Source: Candidatus Bathyarchaeia archaeon (GTDB taxonomy: Archaea; Thermoproteota; Bathyarchaeia; TCS64). From it: DNA of 64,000 nucleotides. The DNA lies in assembly GCA_050014495.1 (NCBI GenBank), contig JBEKDF010000001.1, forward strand, positions 96,001 through 160,000, in the 5' to 3' direction. Positions 21,713-31,876 of the stretch are shown in pieces. Both the position numbers and the translations under genes were made by a program. A model generated the notes under the pieces. That model made no database searches. It was given only the letters and a program-made list of their open reading frames with translations, and was not told the origin of the DNA. Position 1 is the first letter of the stretch; each line of letters begins with the position of its first letter.

Positions 21713-22463
21713 CTAGGTACGACTCGATGACGCGTGGATCCTCGAAAACCTCTTCAGCTGTGCCCTCTATGACGAGTTGGCCACGGTCCATAGCGAATAC
21801 ATGGTCGGCGTATTGGGCAGCTACCTCTAGTCTGTGCTCTATGACAAGGAATGTAATTCCTAGCTCGTCGCGGAGTCTCAGGACGTGGTTGAATATCTGG
21901 TGGCAAAGCTTCGGGTCTATGCTACCAACTGGCTCGTCTAAGAGTATCGTCTCTGCGCCTGACATCAGTGTCCTGCCTATCTCCAAGAGTTTGAGTTCTC
22001 CCCCGCTCAGGGTGTTCGCGGGTTTGTTCCAGACATGTCTTAACCCGAGGACCCTGAGTAGCTCGGAGGCCCTCCGAACAGCACTTATCTCGCTATCTAT
22101 CCAGGTGGGCTTTGCGAGGGATTTAAAGAGGTTCTCCCCAGCGTTATCGGGGAGGGCGACGAGCATGTTCTCAAGGGTCGTGAGATGTAGGAATGGTGAG
22201 GCTATTTGGAAGGTCCTGACACAGCCCCTTCTCGCGATCTTGTACATCTCCTCGTGTGTGATCTCTTCGTCCCTGTAGTAGATTTTCCCTTCCTCGGGGT
22301 GAAATATGCCCGAGATACAGTTGGTTAATGTGGTCTTTCCGCAGCCGTTAGGGCCGACCAGAAGGTAGATTCCACCCTCCTTTAGGCCGATGCTGATGCC
22401 ATCGACGGCTGCGAAGTGACCGAAATACTTCCTCACGTTTTCGATTCTGAGAATCTCCGACAT
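21705..22463 (-). CDS. livG: Branched-chain amino acid ABC transporter ATPase (LivG-like)
   Basis: GPNGCGKT, RTFQ, LSGG, IEH, DPRVIESYLG. Confidence 0.88.
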   Translation of the reverse strand: MSEILRIENVRKYFGHFAAVDGISIGLKEGGIYLLVGPNGCGKTTLTNCISGIFHPEEGKIYYRDEEITHEEMYKIARRGCVRTFQIASPFLHLTTLENMLVALPDNAGENLFKSLAKPTWIDSEISAVRRASELLRVLGLRHVWNKPANTLSGGELKLLEIGRTLMSGAETILLDEPVGSIDPKLCHQIFNHVLRLRDELGITFLVIEHRLEVAAQYADHVFAMDRGQLVIEGTAEEVFEDPRVIESYLGE

Positions 22464-22585
22464 ACCAGCATCAACTAAACTACCTGTACCATGTACATAG
22501 TTTAAATAGTTTTGCAGAGAGCCTTTTAAGGCAAAAAGTTGATTCGAAAAAAACTATAGAAAAGAAAATTGAGGTTTTACGTGGT

Positions 22586-23917
22586 TTACGGTCCCGCTAT
22601 GTTGTATTTGAGGTTCGCCATCATTCCAGCGGAGTCCCAGGTCATGACCTTCGTGTCAGGGTTGTAGACCCCGGCAATGTAGGAGAAGCTAGCCTTAGTC
22701 GCACTAGGAGCGTAGTACCAGACGTTGAATGGTGGAGGAGCCCTGTCCCCGTACTCATTCAGTTGGCACCAGCCACCCGAACCCCATGTCGTATCGGATA
22801 TGGGAGTCTGGAGGCTGAGTACGTCCTTTCCGGCTATGCTCTGAGCCTGGATCTGGCTGTACGCACTGATGAACTCGATGTCGTAGGCATACGCGGAGTA
22901 TGCTGTGAACTGCTGCTTAGTGAGGGCCGTGTATTTAGCTGCCAACGCATCGAATTGGGAGGACTCTGGGGACTGTGCCATCATGCTGAAGCACCGCAGG
23001 TGATTCACCTGATCAGGAGCATCATCCATGCCACGCTGAGAGACAGCCGTGCCGTCACCACCGAAGCATGGGCACTTGTAGAAGTCCGCGTAGTCCTTAG
23101 CCTGGCTAGCGATCACTGGGAACTCGTCGAAGCTGAGGAGCAGGGTGCCGACGCGCTCGGGGTTACCACCGTTGGCTGCGATCGCGGCCGTTGCCGCGGT
23201 GTTGGCCTGCTGGAGGTAGTTCGAGAAGTCGGTCGCCTCTGTGGCGTATCTTATCGTCGTGCCTGCGAAGTTGCCGCCCTTAGCGGTCCAAGCTGGCGTG
23301 AAGAGGTTGACGATGCCATCACCCCAGGAGTCGCCACGCTGGAAAACTATCACCGACTTGATGCCGTAGCCCCACATCATGTCGACGAGGGCTGGCGCCA
23401 AGGCGCTGTCAGCGGGGCACATGCGGTAGAGGTAGTCGTTAGCGATGGCTAGGGTCGGGGAGGTTGAGCTGCTGCTCCACATGAGCATGTTGTTTGAGTT
23501 GCAGTAGCTTAGGCTCGCCTGAGCCTGGCTCGACCAGCCTCCACCCTGGAAGACGGTGTCACCGAGGGATAGGAATCCCTGCACCTTCTCTAGGTGGACG
23601 TTGTCCTGACCAGTGGCGTCCTCGAGTAGGTCTGTGAAGGTCGGGGCGCCCCAGTTGAGGGCCTGCATCTGTTTGTTGAGGTCTGGGAAACACATCGACT
23701 CCATTAGATACTTTCCTGTCTCTAGGGATGTTGTCGAAGATGCGATATAGCCTAGCTTGATTGTTTGACCCTTGAGGGGTAGCGCCGTTACAGTCTGAAC
23801 GGTCGTTGTGCCAACAGTTACAGTCTTTGAGGGTGCTGCGAAGTATCCTATGCCTCCGCCCACGATCAAACCTGCGACCAGTAGCACTATTGCTAGTGTC
23901 ATTCCTTTATCTGCCAA
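22586..23917 (-). CDS. Branched-chain amino acid ABC substrate-binding protein, N-terminal membrane anchor
   Basis: N-terminal TM and Thr-rich linker; SSTSP.LA...YRMCP.D; AYD; LNEYGDR. Confidence 0.85.
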   Translation of the reverse strand: MADKGMTLAIVLLVAGLIVGGGIGYFAAPSKTVTVGTTTVQTVTALPLKGQTIKLGYIASSTTSLETGKYLMESMCFPDLNKQMQALNWGAPTFTDLLEDATGQDNVHLEKVQGFLSLGDTVFQGGGWSSQAQASLSYCNSNNMLMWSSSSTSPTLAIANDYLYRMCPADSALAPALVDMMWGYGIKSVIVFQRGDSWGDGIVNLFTPAWTAKGGNFAGTTIRYATEATDFSNYLQQANTAATAAIAANGGNPERVGTLLLSFDEFPVIASQAKDYADFYKCPCFGGDGTAVSQRGMDDAPDQVNHLRCFSMMAQSPESSQFDALAAKYTALTKQQFTAYSAYAYDIEFISAYSQIQAQSIAGKDVLSLQTPISDTTWGSGGWCQLNEYGDRAPPPFNVWYYAPSATKASFSYIAGVYNPDTKVMTWDSAGMMANLKYNIAGP

Positions 23918-24162
23918 TTTTTACACCTTTGTTTGTCGCGATAGTAGACTTCGCCATACTATATTTAAGACTTAACATAATATGCCCTAAGACGCTAGAT
24001 CTTTAACTAGATCAACGAATTATCTCGATTCCACAAATATATATCGTGATCTTGTTAAAAATATTAGGATTAATAATCTATATTATACTTGATTTGCAAT
24101 AAGGTTCGATCAAATGAAAAATATTATAAACTTTACAAGTTGCAAAACTTAGCGGAGAAAAT

Positions 24163-25122
24163 ATGGATTTAACGATTTGGTATATGGCAATAACTTACGC
24201 TGCTGAACTTATGCTTCTAAGCATTGGTTTTACATTGACCTACCTAACAGCTAAGATTCCGAACTTCGCTCATGGGACTTACGCCGGTTTTGGAATCTAC
24301 GTCAGTTACACTCTTTCAAAGTTCTACCATGTTAATCCTTACCTCGGACTTCCATTAGCGTTTATCATCGGAAGCGGTGTCAGTATAGTAGTCTACAAGT
24401 TAGTTATTAGCACGCTAACGAAGATGGGGAGCGGTTCGATCGTTTTGACGATCGCCACGCTAGCAATTCAGATCTTCTTAGGTGCAATACTAAACATCTA
24501 TTCCTACATATTCATCGCGTTCTTTCATCAATACGCAACTGCTTTCCTCCTAAAGGAAGATGACTTCCATATAGGTGACGTTGCTGGAATCTTCTTCGTC
24601 TCGCTAATAATCAGCGTTATAGTCGTAATCATACTTCACTACATGCTCACAAGAACAAGGATGGGCATAGCCATGAGAGCGACAGCTGAGGACACAGAAC
24701 TCGCCTCAGTTCTTGGTATCAACATCAACTCCGTCCAACTCTTCTCCTGGTTCCTCACGGGTGGTCTCGCTTGCCTAGCAGGTGCTATGATCCCATTCTG
24801 GTTCCAAAGCAGTCCGACGACGGGCTCAGGAATCATCACTAGCATCATGGCGGGAAGCCTACTTGGCGGATTAGATAGCGTATACGGAGCCATTCTTGGA
24901 GGCTTTATAATAGGTATGTCAGAGATCATGCTGACGCTAGCAGGTCAGGTACTATTTGGCAACTGGTTTGGCGAATATAGACCACTAATCCCCATGTTCT
25001 TCCTCATCGCAGTACTACTGATCGAGCCCAGAGGCTTGCAAGGCTTCTGGGAGAATTATCAGAGGAGAAGATCGAAGCCAATTCCAAAGGAACCTGAAAA
25101 GAAGGAGGAGGCTAAGAAGTAA
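24163..25122 (+). CDS. livH: Branched-chain amino acid ABC permease (LivH-like)
   Basis: GFTL......NFAHG, TRMG.AMRA...D..LA...GIN, LGG. Confidence 0.88.
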   Translation: MDLTIWYMAITYAAELMLLSIGFTLTYLTAKIPNFAHGTYAGFGIYVSYTLSKFYHVNPYLGLPLAFIIGSGVSIVVYKLVISTLTKMGSGSIVLTIATLAIQIFLGAILNIYSYIFIAFFHQYATAFLLKEDDFHIGDVAGIFFVSLIISVIVVIILHYMLTRTRMGIAMRATAEDTELASVLGININSVQLFSWFLTGGLACLAGAMIPFWFQSSPTTGSGIITSIMAGSLLGGLDSVYGAILGGFIIGMSEIMLTLAGQVLFGNWFGEYRPLIPMFFLIAVLLIEPRGLQGFWENYQRRRSKPIPKEPEKKEEAKK

Positions 25123-26300
25123 TGTACACCAACATAGCTCTGGGAATACTAAGCTCAATGCCCGCTGCGATCCAGGGAATAGATAGGCTCGTTGTGGACA
25201 TTGCGATGTTTTTCGGCTTGCTAGTTATCGTTGCCATGGCCCTCAACTTCCAGTATGGTAACGCAGGCATCCCAAACATGGGGTGCGCAGTGCAGGTTAT
25301 CGTAGGCGCTTTCACAGTTAGCGGTATCGTGTTGAGGATCATGTTCATGGTAGCGGCAGCAGGAGGCTTGCCTCTAGATGATTGGAATGACCCGTTCAAG
25401 TTTATCTACAGCAACCCTTCAAACGTAAGGCTTGTCAATGGTCTCTTTGCTAGTGACGCTGTACTCGCAATGGGCTTCTTACTTTTAAGCCTCGGAATCG
25501 CTGTCCTGATGGGAGCCCTTACTGGCTATCTGCTTGCTCTGCCCGCGATCCGTCTGAGGGCTACTTATCTGATGATCGTCCTCATCACGGTCGCTGATGC
25601 GTCACAGATCTTCGGTAGAAACATTACAGGTATTTCGGGTGGGACTCTGGGAGTTTGGATCCCCAATGTCTTCGCCTGGTACCCCGGTGACATAGGTGTA
25701 GTAACGGCGGTTGTAACCCTGCTACTCGGCCTTATCAGCTTCTTCATATTCAGAACCATGCTTAATTCGCCCTACGGTAGATTGATGAGGTCTCTGAGGG
25801 AGAATGAGGTGACCTTAGCCAGCGTCGGCAAGAATGTTGTAGGAATCCGCCGAAACATCCTCATGTTTGCTTCGGGTATCACTGCGATAGCGGGTGTCAT
25901 GAACGCCTTCTACGTGCAATTCGTCAACCAATCAGACTACCAACGAGCCTACTGGACATATTGGCCTTGGTTGATGCTCATCCTAGGTGGACCTGGCAAC
26001 AACGCCGGAACCTTCCTAGGAGCGGCAATCGTCGTAGCATTAAGGAGACTAATCATCATATACAAGTTCCAGATACAGCAGTTCTTCTTCTTCCCAGTTT
26101 CCTACCTCGAGGACATCATCCTCGGTGGCCTCCTAGTCTTGGTGATGATTTTCAGGCCCAGCGGACTGATCCCTGAGAAACTACTTTACATTCCTGGCAT
26201 CAACTACGCAAAAATGGTAAAGGAAGAAGTAAAGGTAGACTGGCGCGCGGCACCGAAAGCAAGAGAAACGCATGTTGAAAAGAAGGAGGAGAAAAAGTGA
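25122..26300 (+). CDS. livM: Branched-chain amino acid ABC permease (LivM-like)
   Basis: P.IRLR..YL, SPYGR.MR..RENE, ILGGPGN..G. Confidence 0.88.
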   Translation: MYTNIALGILSSMPAAIQGIDRLVVDIAMFFGLLVIVAMALNFQYGNAGIPNMGCAVQVIVGAFTVSGIVLRIMFMVAAAGGLPLDDWNDPFKFIYSNPSNVRLVNGLFASDAVLAMGFLLLSLGIAVLMGALTGYLLALPAIRLRATYLMIVLITVADASQIFGRNITGISGGTLGVWIPNVFAWYPGDIGVVTAVVTLLLGLISFFIFRTMLNSPYGRLMRSLRENEVTLASVGKNVVGIRRNILMFASGITAIAGVMNAFYVQFVNQSDYQRAYWTYWPWLMLILGGPGNNAGTFLGAAIVVALRRLIIIYKFQIQQFFFFPVSYLEDIILGGLLVLVMIFRPSGLIPEKLLYIPGINYAKMVKEEVKVDWRAAPKARETHVEKKEEKK

Positions 26301-26491
26301 TGAACGGACTAATACTCCTGGCTAGCATACTACGAATCATCGGACAGACAACAGCTGATCAGTACGACAACATCCTCTTCTACCTAATGATCGCGCTCTG
26401 GATCATTATGCCAGTCTTCATCGTCTACGAGGAGATAACCGAGCGCAGGGCCCTCAGAGAAGCCGATAAATCGGAAGAAGGCACAGCTTAA
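26297..26491 (+). CDS. Small membrane protein (64 aa) coupled to livM
   Basis: Start overlaps the livM stop (GTGA); hydrophobic segment [18 protein letters not shown]. Confidence 0.55.
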   Translation: MMNGLILLASILRIIGQTTADQYDNILFYLMIALWIIMPVFIVYEEITERRALREADKSEEGTA

Positions 26492-26567
26492 CCATCCCAT
26501 TTTCCATAATTTTTTTCTTTTAAGCCACTGCAAGAATTAATAGGTATAAATATTCTAAAAAAAGCGG

Positions 26568-26939
26568 CTACTCCGTTGTTAGAGTGTAATGAACACCCAG
26601 ATTACTGAGAGCCACATCTATCCTTTCGATTAGGTTCTCGAGTTGCTTCAAAGTGGGCTTCTTATCTACCCACTCGAACATGAAGTCGTAGTCGCCGAGG
26701 AGCTGCTTCGCGTCGCTAATTATCTTCGCCGGCTCGTAGCAGTCAACGTAAGTATTCTTGAGGTTGTTTAGGTAGTTATTCCAATCTCGGTTGTCTACCT
26801 GCATCCGTGTGGGGTACGGTATGCATTTGTGGCTGAACTTTACCTCCCTCTCCTTGGACATCTCGACGGCTACACCCTCGAGAGCCTTGAGGGCCTTCAT
26901 GAGCGGTGGACCGTATATGCGAACATAAGTCTTAGCCAA
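26568..26939 (-). CDS. Hypothetical protein
   Basis: 123-aa ORF with globular composition, own TATA-like element upstream. Confidence 0.65.
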   Translation of the reverse strand: MAKTYVRIYGPPLMKALKALEGVAVEMSKEREVKFSHKCIPYPTRMQVDNRDWNNYLNNLKNTYVDCYEPAKIISDAKQLLGDYDFMFEWVDKKPTLKQLENLIERIDVALSNLGVHYTLTTE

Positions 26940-26993
26940 TCTAGTCGCCTAAGAATGCATGTAAGTGAGATAATATAAAATCTTTCCACCATA

Positions 26994-27182
26994 CTACGCT
27001 TTCGCGGTGTCTTCGCTCTTCTCTGACATCCTTTTCATTATGAGGCGGTATCTTCTATATTTGTCGTCCATGGAGAACTTCGCCGGGTGCGGTGACTTCA
27101 CCAAACCTCCGCATCTAGGACAATTGTCCCCCCTAAGCGTGTATGATCCACATCGCTCACATTTCCTGAGTAGCCAGACCAT
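26994..27182 (-). CDS. nop10: H/ACA RNP protein Nop10
   Basis: LRKC..CG.YTL...CP.CGG....PHPAKFS..DKY..YR; follows aIF-2 alpha. Confidence 0.93.
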   Translation of the reverse strand: MVWLLRKCERCGSYTLRGDNCPRCGGLVKSPHPAKFSMDDKYRRYRLIMKRMSEKSEDTAKA

Positions 27183-27190
27183 CGGACACA

Positions 27191-27982
27191 CTACTCCCGT
27201 TTGAAGGAAATTGCACCTTCGTGGGTTGACCACTCCTTCTCCGCCTGCTTCACAATTCGGTCGAGGGCGAACTCAACCTTCTTGTAGTCTTCGGAGGTCA
27301 CCTCGACGCGATATTTGGGGGAGCCAAGGGTGTAGATTTTAACTGTCGATTCAAGTTCATCGCCGAGATCTTGGATCATTCGGAAAACGTCCTTGATTTC
27401 CTCAACGCCTTTATTGCCCATGGCAGAAACCTCAAAGACACCCTGAATGGTGACCCCCTTTACAATGATCTTATCCTTAGCGACGCTTGCAAGAGCTTCG
27501 GCAGTTTTAGCTTTGACGCCTATGTCTGTGAATATCGGTGCACCTTTTTTAGCGGATTGTTCTAGGGCGTCGTATAAGTTGATTTGAGCCTCGTTGAGCT
27601 GGGGACTAATCTCCGCGAACAGGTCCTCAGGAGTAACCTTGAGGTCACCAGCCGCTTGCTTTAGAAGGGTCTCTGCTTTGCGAGTCTTTTTCCACTGTTC
27701 GATCTTCTTTCTGCGATCGTCTTTGTTGACTCTACGAAGTGATAGATCGACCTGGCCTTTTGAGGGGTCAACTCTAAGTACCTGGAGGACAACTTTTTGG
27801 TTTTCCCTTACATGGTTCCTGATGTTTCGGACCCAGCGAGAGCTGATCTCTGAAATGTGGAGGAGGGCTTCCTTGTTATTGTATTCGTCCAGAGCCACAT
27901 AGGCACCGTAGGATTCTATTCGGCTGACGGTCGCTACTACCATCTCGCCTGTTTCCGGCCATTCGGCGTGCCCTAGGCTCAT
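27191..27982 (-). CDS. eif2a: Translation initiation factor aIF-2 alpha
   Basis: S1 domain WPE.GE.V...V....YGAYV.LDEY, HISEISS.WVRNI, KG.VDLSLRRV, G.P.YR. Confidence 0.95.
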   Translation of the reverse strand: MSLGHAEWPETGEMVVATVSRIESYGAYVALDEYNNKEALLHISEISSRWVRNIRNHVRENQKVVLQVLRVDPSKGQVDLSLRRVNKDDRRKKIEQWKKTRKAETLLKQAAGDLKVTPEDLFAEISPQLNEAQINLYDALEQSAKKGAPIFTDIGVKAKTAEALASVAKDKIIVKGVTIQGVFEVSAMGNKGVEEIKDVFRMIQDLGDELESTVKIYTLGSPKYRVEVTSEDYKKVEFALDRIVKQAEKEWSTHEGAISFKRE

Positions 27983-27989
27983 GGGTTGG

Positions 27990-28187
27990 TCACCCTAGAA
28001 CTGCCATGATGGAGCCGTTAATCTCGGCCTTACCACCGGTTGGCCTCGCGATGACCTCTCCGCATGTGCGGCATTTAACCTCATGAGTCGCGTGGCTAAA
28101 TACGATTTGCTCAGACTCACAACTGAGACATTTTACCCTCAAAAACCTTGATGAGGGTCTTGGGATTAGGTTTTCCCACTCCGCCAT
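27990..28187 (-). CDS. rps27e: 30S ribosomal protein S27e
   Basis: P.SRFLRVKC..C..EQIVF.HA...V.C..CG......PTGGKA. Confidence 0.95.
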   Translation of the reverse strand: MAEWENLIPRPSSRFLRVKCLSCESEQIVFSHATHEVKCRTCGEVIARPTGGKAEINGSIMAVLG

Positions 28188-28188
28188 C

Positions 28189-28464
28189 TTACTCCAACTC
28201 CGCCTTCTTGAGTCTTAGTCCCTCGCGCATCAGGCTATGCTTGCACTCCTTGCACTGCAGCATTAGCGTGGTCTTCTTCGTGACCTTGGCCTGGTTGTGC
28301 TGCATCGGGAACTTCTGGCCACCGTAACCTGTCTTACGTATTGCTTGGTCGCGTTCACCCTTACGGGCGCCACGACGCTTCCCAGCTTTGTAAATAGTGA
28401 CAGTGAATTCAGTGTGCGTCTTGCATTTTGGGCAGAAGGTCCTGAGTGTTTTTGGAACTTTCAT
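28189..28464 (-). CDS. rpl44e: 50S ribosomal protein L44e
   Basis: MKVPK....FCP.C..HT, GYGGQ..P, K.TKK..L.L.C..C. Confidence 0.95.
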   Translation of the reverse strand: MKVPKTLRTFCPKCKTHTEFTVTIYKAGKRRGARKGERDQAIRKTGYGGQKFPMQHNQAKVTKKTTLMLQCKECKHSLMREGLRLKKAELE

Positions 28465-29090
28465 TGCGCTGTCTCTACTAGCTTGGCTATGCCCTTCCTT
28501 ATTAGGTTATCCGCATTCTGGGTGGGAAGAGAGGCGACGTCCTCAGCCTTGAATGGGCCGTATGTTTTCATGTCAATACCCATTATTGCTGGTAGTGGTT
28601 GGGTGAATCTTACTACTTTTAGGGTTTGCTCGCTCTTCTCAGTATGTATAGGTAAAGGGGATTGGGGTAGGTGAGTTACAACCTGTAACGGAGCGTATGA
28701 GGCTGAGGTTTCTACGTTGGGTTCCCTACCCAGCAAAACTTGTTTCATCCCCTGTGTATGTGTGGCGAGGAGGCGACGAAGCTCTACTTGGAGGAGTTTC
28801 TCTTCGGCGGTAAGGTTTAAGGATTCGACTGGCGTACCGTTGAGCTCTGCCATTACCAGCTTATTCAACCGGAGCCTGTTGAGGTCCGGGAGTATCCTCT
28901 CTACTTGTTCCCGTTCCTTTTCAATGAGTTTTCCCTTGATTGTAGTGTTTTCGAATGCTCTTTCCTGCTCCCTGAGCTGGGATATGTACCCCGCTACGCT
29001 GTTGTAGAATCCTTCGTGAAGGGGTTGAATGTCTGTTCTCTGTCTCTCCCGTCTCCATGCCTCGAAGATTATCTTGAATTCGTCTGTCAT
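28461..29090 (-). CDS. GINS complex subunit (Gins51/Gins15-like)
   Basis: RLNKL...NLT.EE helical A domain; B domain P.I.G.D.K.YGPF..EDVA.LP..NA..LI..G; follows priS. Confidence 0.85.
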   Translation of the reverse strand: MTDEFKIIFEAWRRERQRTDIQPLHEGFYNSVAGYISQLREQERAFENTTIKGKLIEKEREQVERILPDLNRLRLNKLVMAELNGTPVESLNLTAEEKLLQVELRRLLATHTQGMKQVLLGREPNVETSASYAPLQVVTHLPQSPLPIHTEKSEQTLKVVRFTQPLPAIMGIDMKTYGPFKAEDVASLPTQNADNLIRKGIAKLVETAQ

Positions 29091-30340
29091 TGGTCTATCC
29101 TTGCTCCCTTCTTGCACAGCAGGAAAATGGCGACTGCAAGTGGAACGGTGATGGATTCTTGTATGTAGGGTCCATATTCGGCGTCCCCTATCCTCACCTT
29201 CGGTGCGTGTCTGACATATATTTTCGCCTCCCCTGTTCTGAAAGCTATGGCGCTGGTCATGGGGTCATAATCTGGTAAGGAGTCTAGTTGGATGGTTTGG
29301 ACCTGCCATCCAGTCTTTCCATGCAGGGTATTCGGGAGGCGAATGAGACGGTGAATATCGGTGGTGACGACTGTGTCTATTTCCGCTGCTTGCTCTTTGA
29401 TGGCTATCCCCATGAGCTTCGCAATATCCGCCATAAGTCGCTCCTCATCGCTGACTCCGACCGCTTTGAGTAGGAGACTTGGGTGGCTCTCCTCAAGGAT
29501 GGTGAGGGCCTTCTCACGATTATCTATTAGTAGACTCGTGATCTTTCGCCCCAGCTTTAGGGCTTTTATCTCCTCAGGTGGCGTTGATGCTATGAAGTCA
29601 TAGAGAGCCCTGCCTGCTCTCCCACGCCACCCCTCTTCAGCGAGGGTCGACTTCCCACCTTTCGATCGGGGGTTGAAGCCGAGGTATTCAGATTTTATGC
29701 CGGTGCCAAGGATATAATCGACTACCTCACGTCGGCCTGATTGGTCGAGGCCTCGTACTCTTTGGTTGCGGACATGAACGTGGTAGCCGCGGTTTCCTGA
29801 GAAGTTCACCACGAGATCATTAGCAGGGCTGAAGCCGAAGTCTTGTATAAGTATGTCGAGAAGCTTCTGGGTCTCGTATTTCGCTGCCTGGAGGCACCTC
29901 TCGCAGAGCCAAGTCTCCTCCTCGAAGGCGGCTTTACCACACTTACATATCTCTGGTGGTTTCCCGGTGCCCTCCTCTCCGCAGTTTTTACACTTCCACT
30001 TGTCATGTTCGTGTTGGCATGGTAGGTTGAAGTGGTCCGCATCTATGTCGAAGACAAGGTCAGCTCCGCTCCATCCCTTTCCAGCCATGTCCGCCTCGGG
30101 GTGCTGATAGTAGCAGGAGCTGTGGTAACTGTGGGCGGGGCTATTTTCGGATAGATACCTATGGAATGTGCCCTCGTCGGGGAAGCCAATATGGCGGAAC
30201 ATTGTCTTCCCTCCGAATTGAAGAAAGGCAAATTCTCGCATTTTGATCTCAGTGGGGGCGGGTATAGTCCTCACATTTGATTGGTACCACCTATGGAACT
30301 GATCAGCTACAAACCTGGGACTACCCCAATCGGACTCCAC
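29087..30340 (-). CDS. priS: DNA primase small (catalytic) subunit with Cys-rich insertion
   Basis: REFAF, LVFDIDAD, FSGNRGYHVH, IDTVVT.D.HRLIRLP.TLHGKTG. Confidence 0.95.
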   Translation of the reverse strand: MESDWGSPRFVADQFHRWYQSNVRTIPAPTEIKMREFAFLQFGGKTMFRHIGFPDEGTFHRYLSENSPAHSYHSSCYYQHPEADMAGKGWSGADLVFDIDADHFNLPCQHEHDKWKCKNCGEEGTGKPPEICKCGKAAFEEETWLCERCLQAAKYETQKLLDILIQDFGFSPANDLVVNFSGNRGYHVHVRNQRVRGLDQSGRREVVDYILGTGIKSEYLGFNPRSKGGKSTLAEEGWRGRAGRALYDFIASTPPEEIKALKLGRKITSLLIDNREKALTILEESHPSLLLKAVGVSDEERLMADIAKLMGIAIKEQAAEIDTVVTTDIHRLIRLPNTLHGKTGWQVQTIQLDSLPDYDPMTSAIAFRTGEAKIYVRHAPKVRIGDAEYGPYIQESITVPLAVAIFLLCKKGARIDQ

Positions 30341-30396
30341 TGGTACTCAGGTAGATATATCTCTCGTGTTTTAAAACCAGTTTGGATGTAGGGGAT

Positions 30397-30522
30397 CTAC
30401 TTCTTCACGCCGCTGTGGGGGCACTTACCACAGAATTTTGGGTTGAATATAACGATGTTATTATATTGTGTGCAGAAGTGGAGACCCGTATTTCTCATCT
30501 TCTCCTCTGCGGTTTTAACCAA
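30397..30522 (-). CDS. Putative 41-aa Cys/His microprotein
   Basis: MVKTAEEKMRNTGLHFCTQYNNIVIFNPKFCGKCPHSGVKK between priL and priS, same strand; TTG start, or an internal ATG. Confidence 0.4.
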   Translation of the reverse strand: MVKTAEEKMRNTGLHFCTQYNNIVIFNPKFCGKCPHSGVKK

Positions 30523-30567
30523 ACTGGTCCTTTATTGGCTCGTCGCGGGGGTATTTGAGGTTTGAGG

Positions 30568-31611
30568 CTAAGGTTTCGTCCTTTGATAGGCTAAACGTCG
30601 AGCCTTTATCCGGTAGTAGCTGAGAGGATGCTTGATTCGTTCGCAGATGTCATCCTTATTTCGGCAGATACCGTGGGTTCGTAGGGTATCACATAGGGGA
30701 GGTGTGTATTTAGTACGGTTTCCCCGAACGCCGGCTATATGTTCAACCTGGTACTGGGTCATTGCGGGGTCGAAGTCGCTCACGCTTGTGTACAGGTCAA
30801 CGAGGCTATCTAGAGGCATCCCAACGGTTACTAAGAAGCTGGTTAGGGCGAAGCGCTCCATGTGACTGGCTCGCCTACCTGCGAGTAGTCCCTCCATGCA
30901 GTAGCGGATGCATGGCGGGAAGGCCTCGTTTATAACCTCAGATGGCAGATCCTCGCCGCCCAACCTCTGCCTATTCTCCTCAAATACCTTAGAGACACGG
31001 TCTAGACGTTGTTGGAGGGGTTCTGGTAAGGCAATCTTGGTAAGCTTTGAGACACGCTCCTTAATGAGTGTCTCTACCTCTCCCTGAATCAGCCGGGCAA
31101 CCTCACGCTGAGTAAGTAGTACATAACCGCTCTTCACTATTCGATTGACGAGCTTCCATTTGTCCTCGTGGAAGGATGAGGATGATCGTAGGTAGTCGTA
31201 GAAGTAAAGGCGGAAGTCGTATAGGACACCATCGTATTGTTCGCCGGAGTCAATTAGATCCCATTCGAAGTCGTTCTTCGCTATCTGTGCGAGCTTTTCG
31301 CGATCCTCCTCTTGAAGGAGGAAGTAGACTCGGACGGCTTCGGCGAGGGCATAACGCCTATTGAGGAATTGCTCCCCCTTGACTGAGGCGAACATCACCG
31401 CGACGGGAAAGCTAAGTAACTCCGTCATGTAATCGTCGAGTCGGTCGTCGACAGCGCCGTCCTCGATCGCCTGGACAATTCGCTCAGCAGCCCTGTCCAG
31501 GACCTTGGCGTATAATGGGTCGGCGAGGTCGTCAAGTTGGAGATTCAGAGCGTCCACTAGCTTCACAGCATCCCTGAGGAATGGGTACTTCGCCGCTTCC
31601 CTCTCCAGCAT
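30568..31611 (-). CDS. priL: DNA primase large subunit
   Basis: KYPFL, WKLVNR....G.V, FPPCI, H..RF, YQVEHI.G, YTPP.C.T....G.C....C....HPL.YY (Fe-S domain). Confidence 0.95.
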   Translation of the reverse strand: MLEREAAKYPFLRDAVKLVDALNLQLDDLADPLYAKVLDRAAERIVQAIEDGAVDDRLDDYMTELLSFPVAVMFASVKGEQFLNRRYALAEAVRVYFLLQEEDREKLAQIAKNDFEWDLIDSGEQYDGVLYDFRLYFYDYLRSSSSFHEDKWKLVNRIVKSGYVLLTQREVARLIQGEVETLIKERVSKLTKIALPEPLQQRLDRVSKVFEENRQRLGGEDLPSEVINEAFPPCIRYCMEGLLAGRRASHMERFALTSFLVTVGMPLDSLVDLYTSVSDFDPAMTQYQVEHIAGVRGNRTKYTPPLCDTLRTHGICRNKDDICERIKHPLSYYRIKARRLAYQRTKP

Positions 31612-31876
31612 GTCCTTCAGCCCTCATGGGGTTCCAACTGAAAAAAGGCTTCCCCCCTCGGGGACTTATGACTTATTTAGACTTATTGATACGAGCTAGG
31701 AGCCAATATAAGAGGTTTCAATAGTTGAATTAGACCATCAGGTTCGGTTATCCACCAACGCGAGAAGGATCCCACACCTGCGAGGTACCCAATCATTAAA
31801 GTTGGTCCTATCGGAAATACTCGTCGAGAAAGAACCATTGGGTATAAGCCGAGAGCCTAGGCTTTTCACATTGAGT

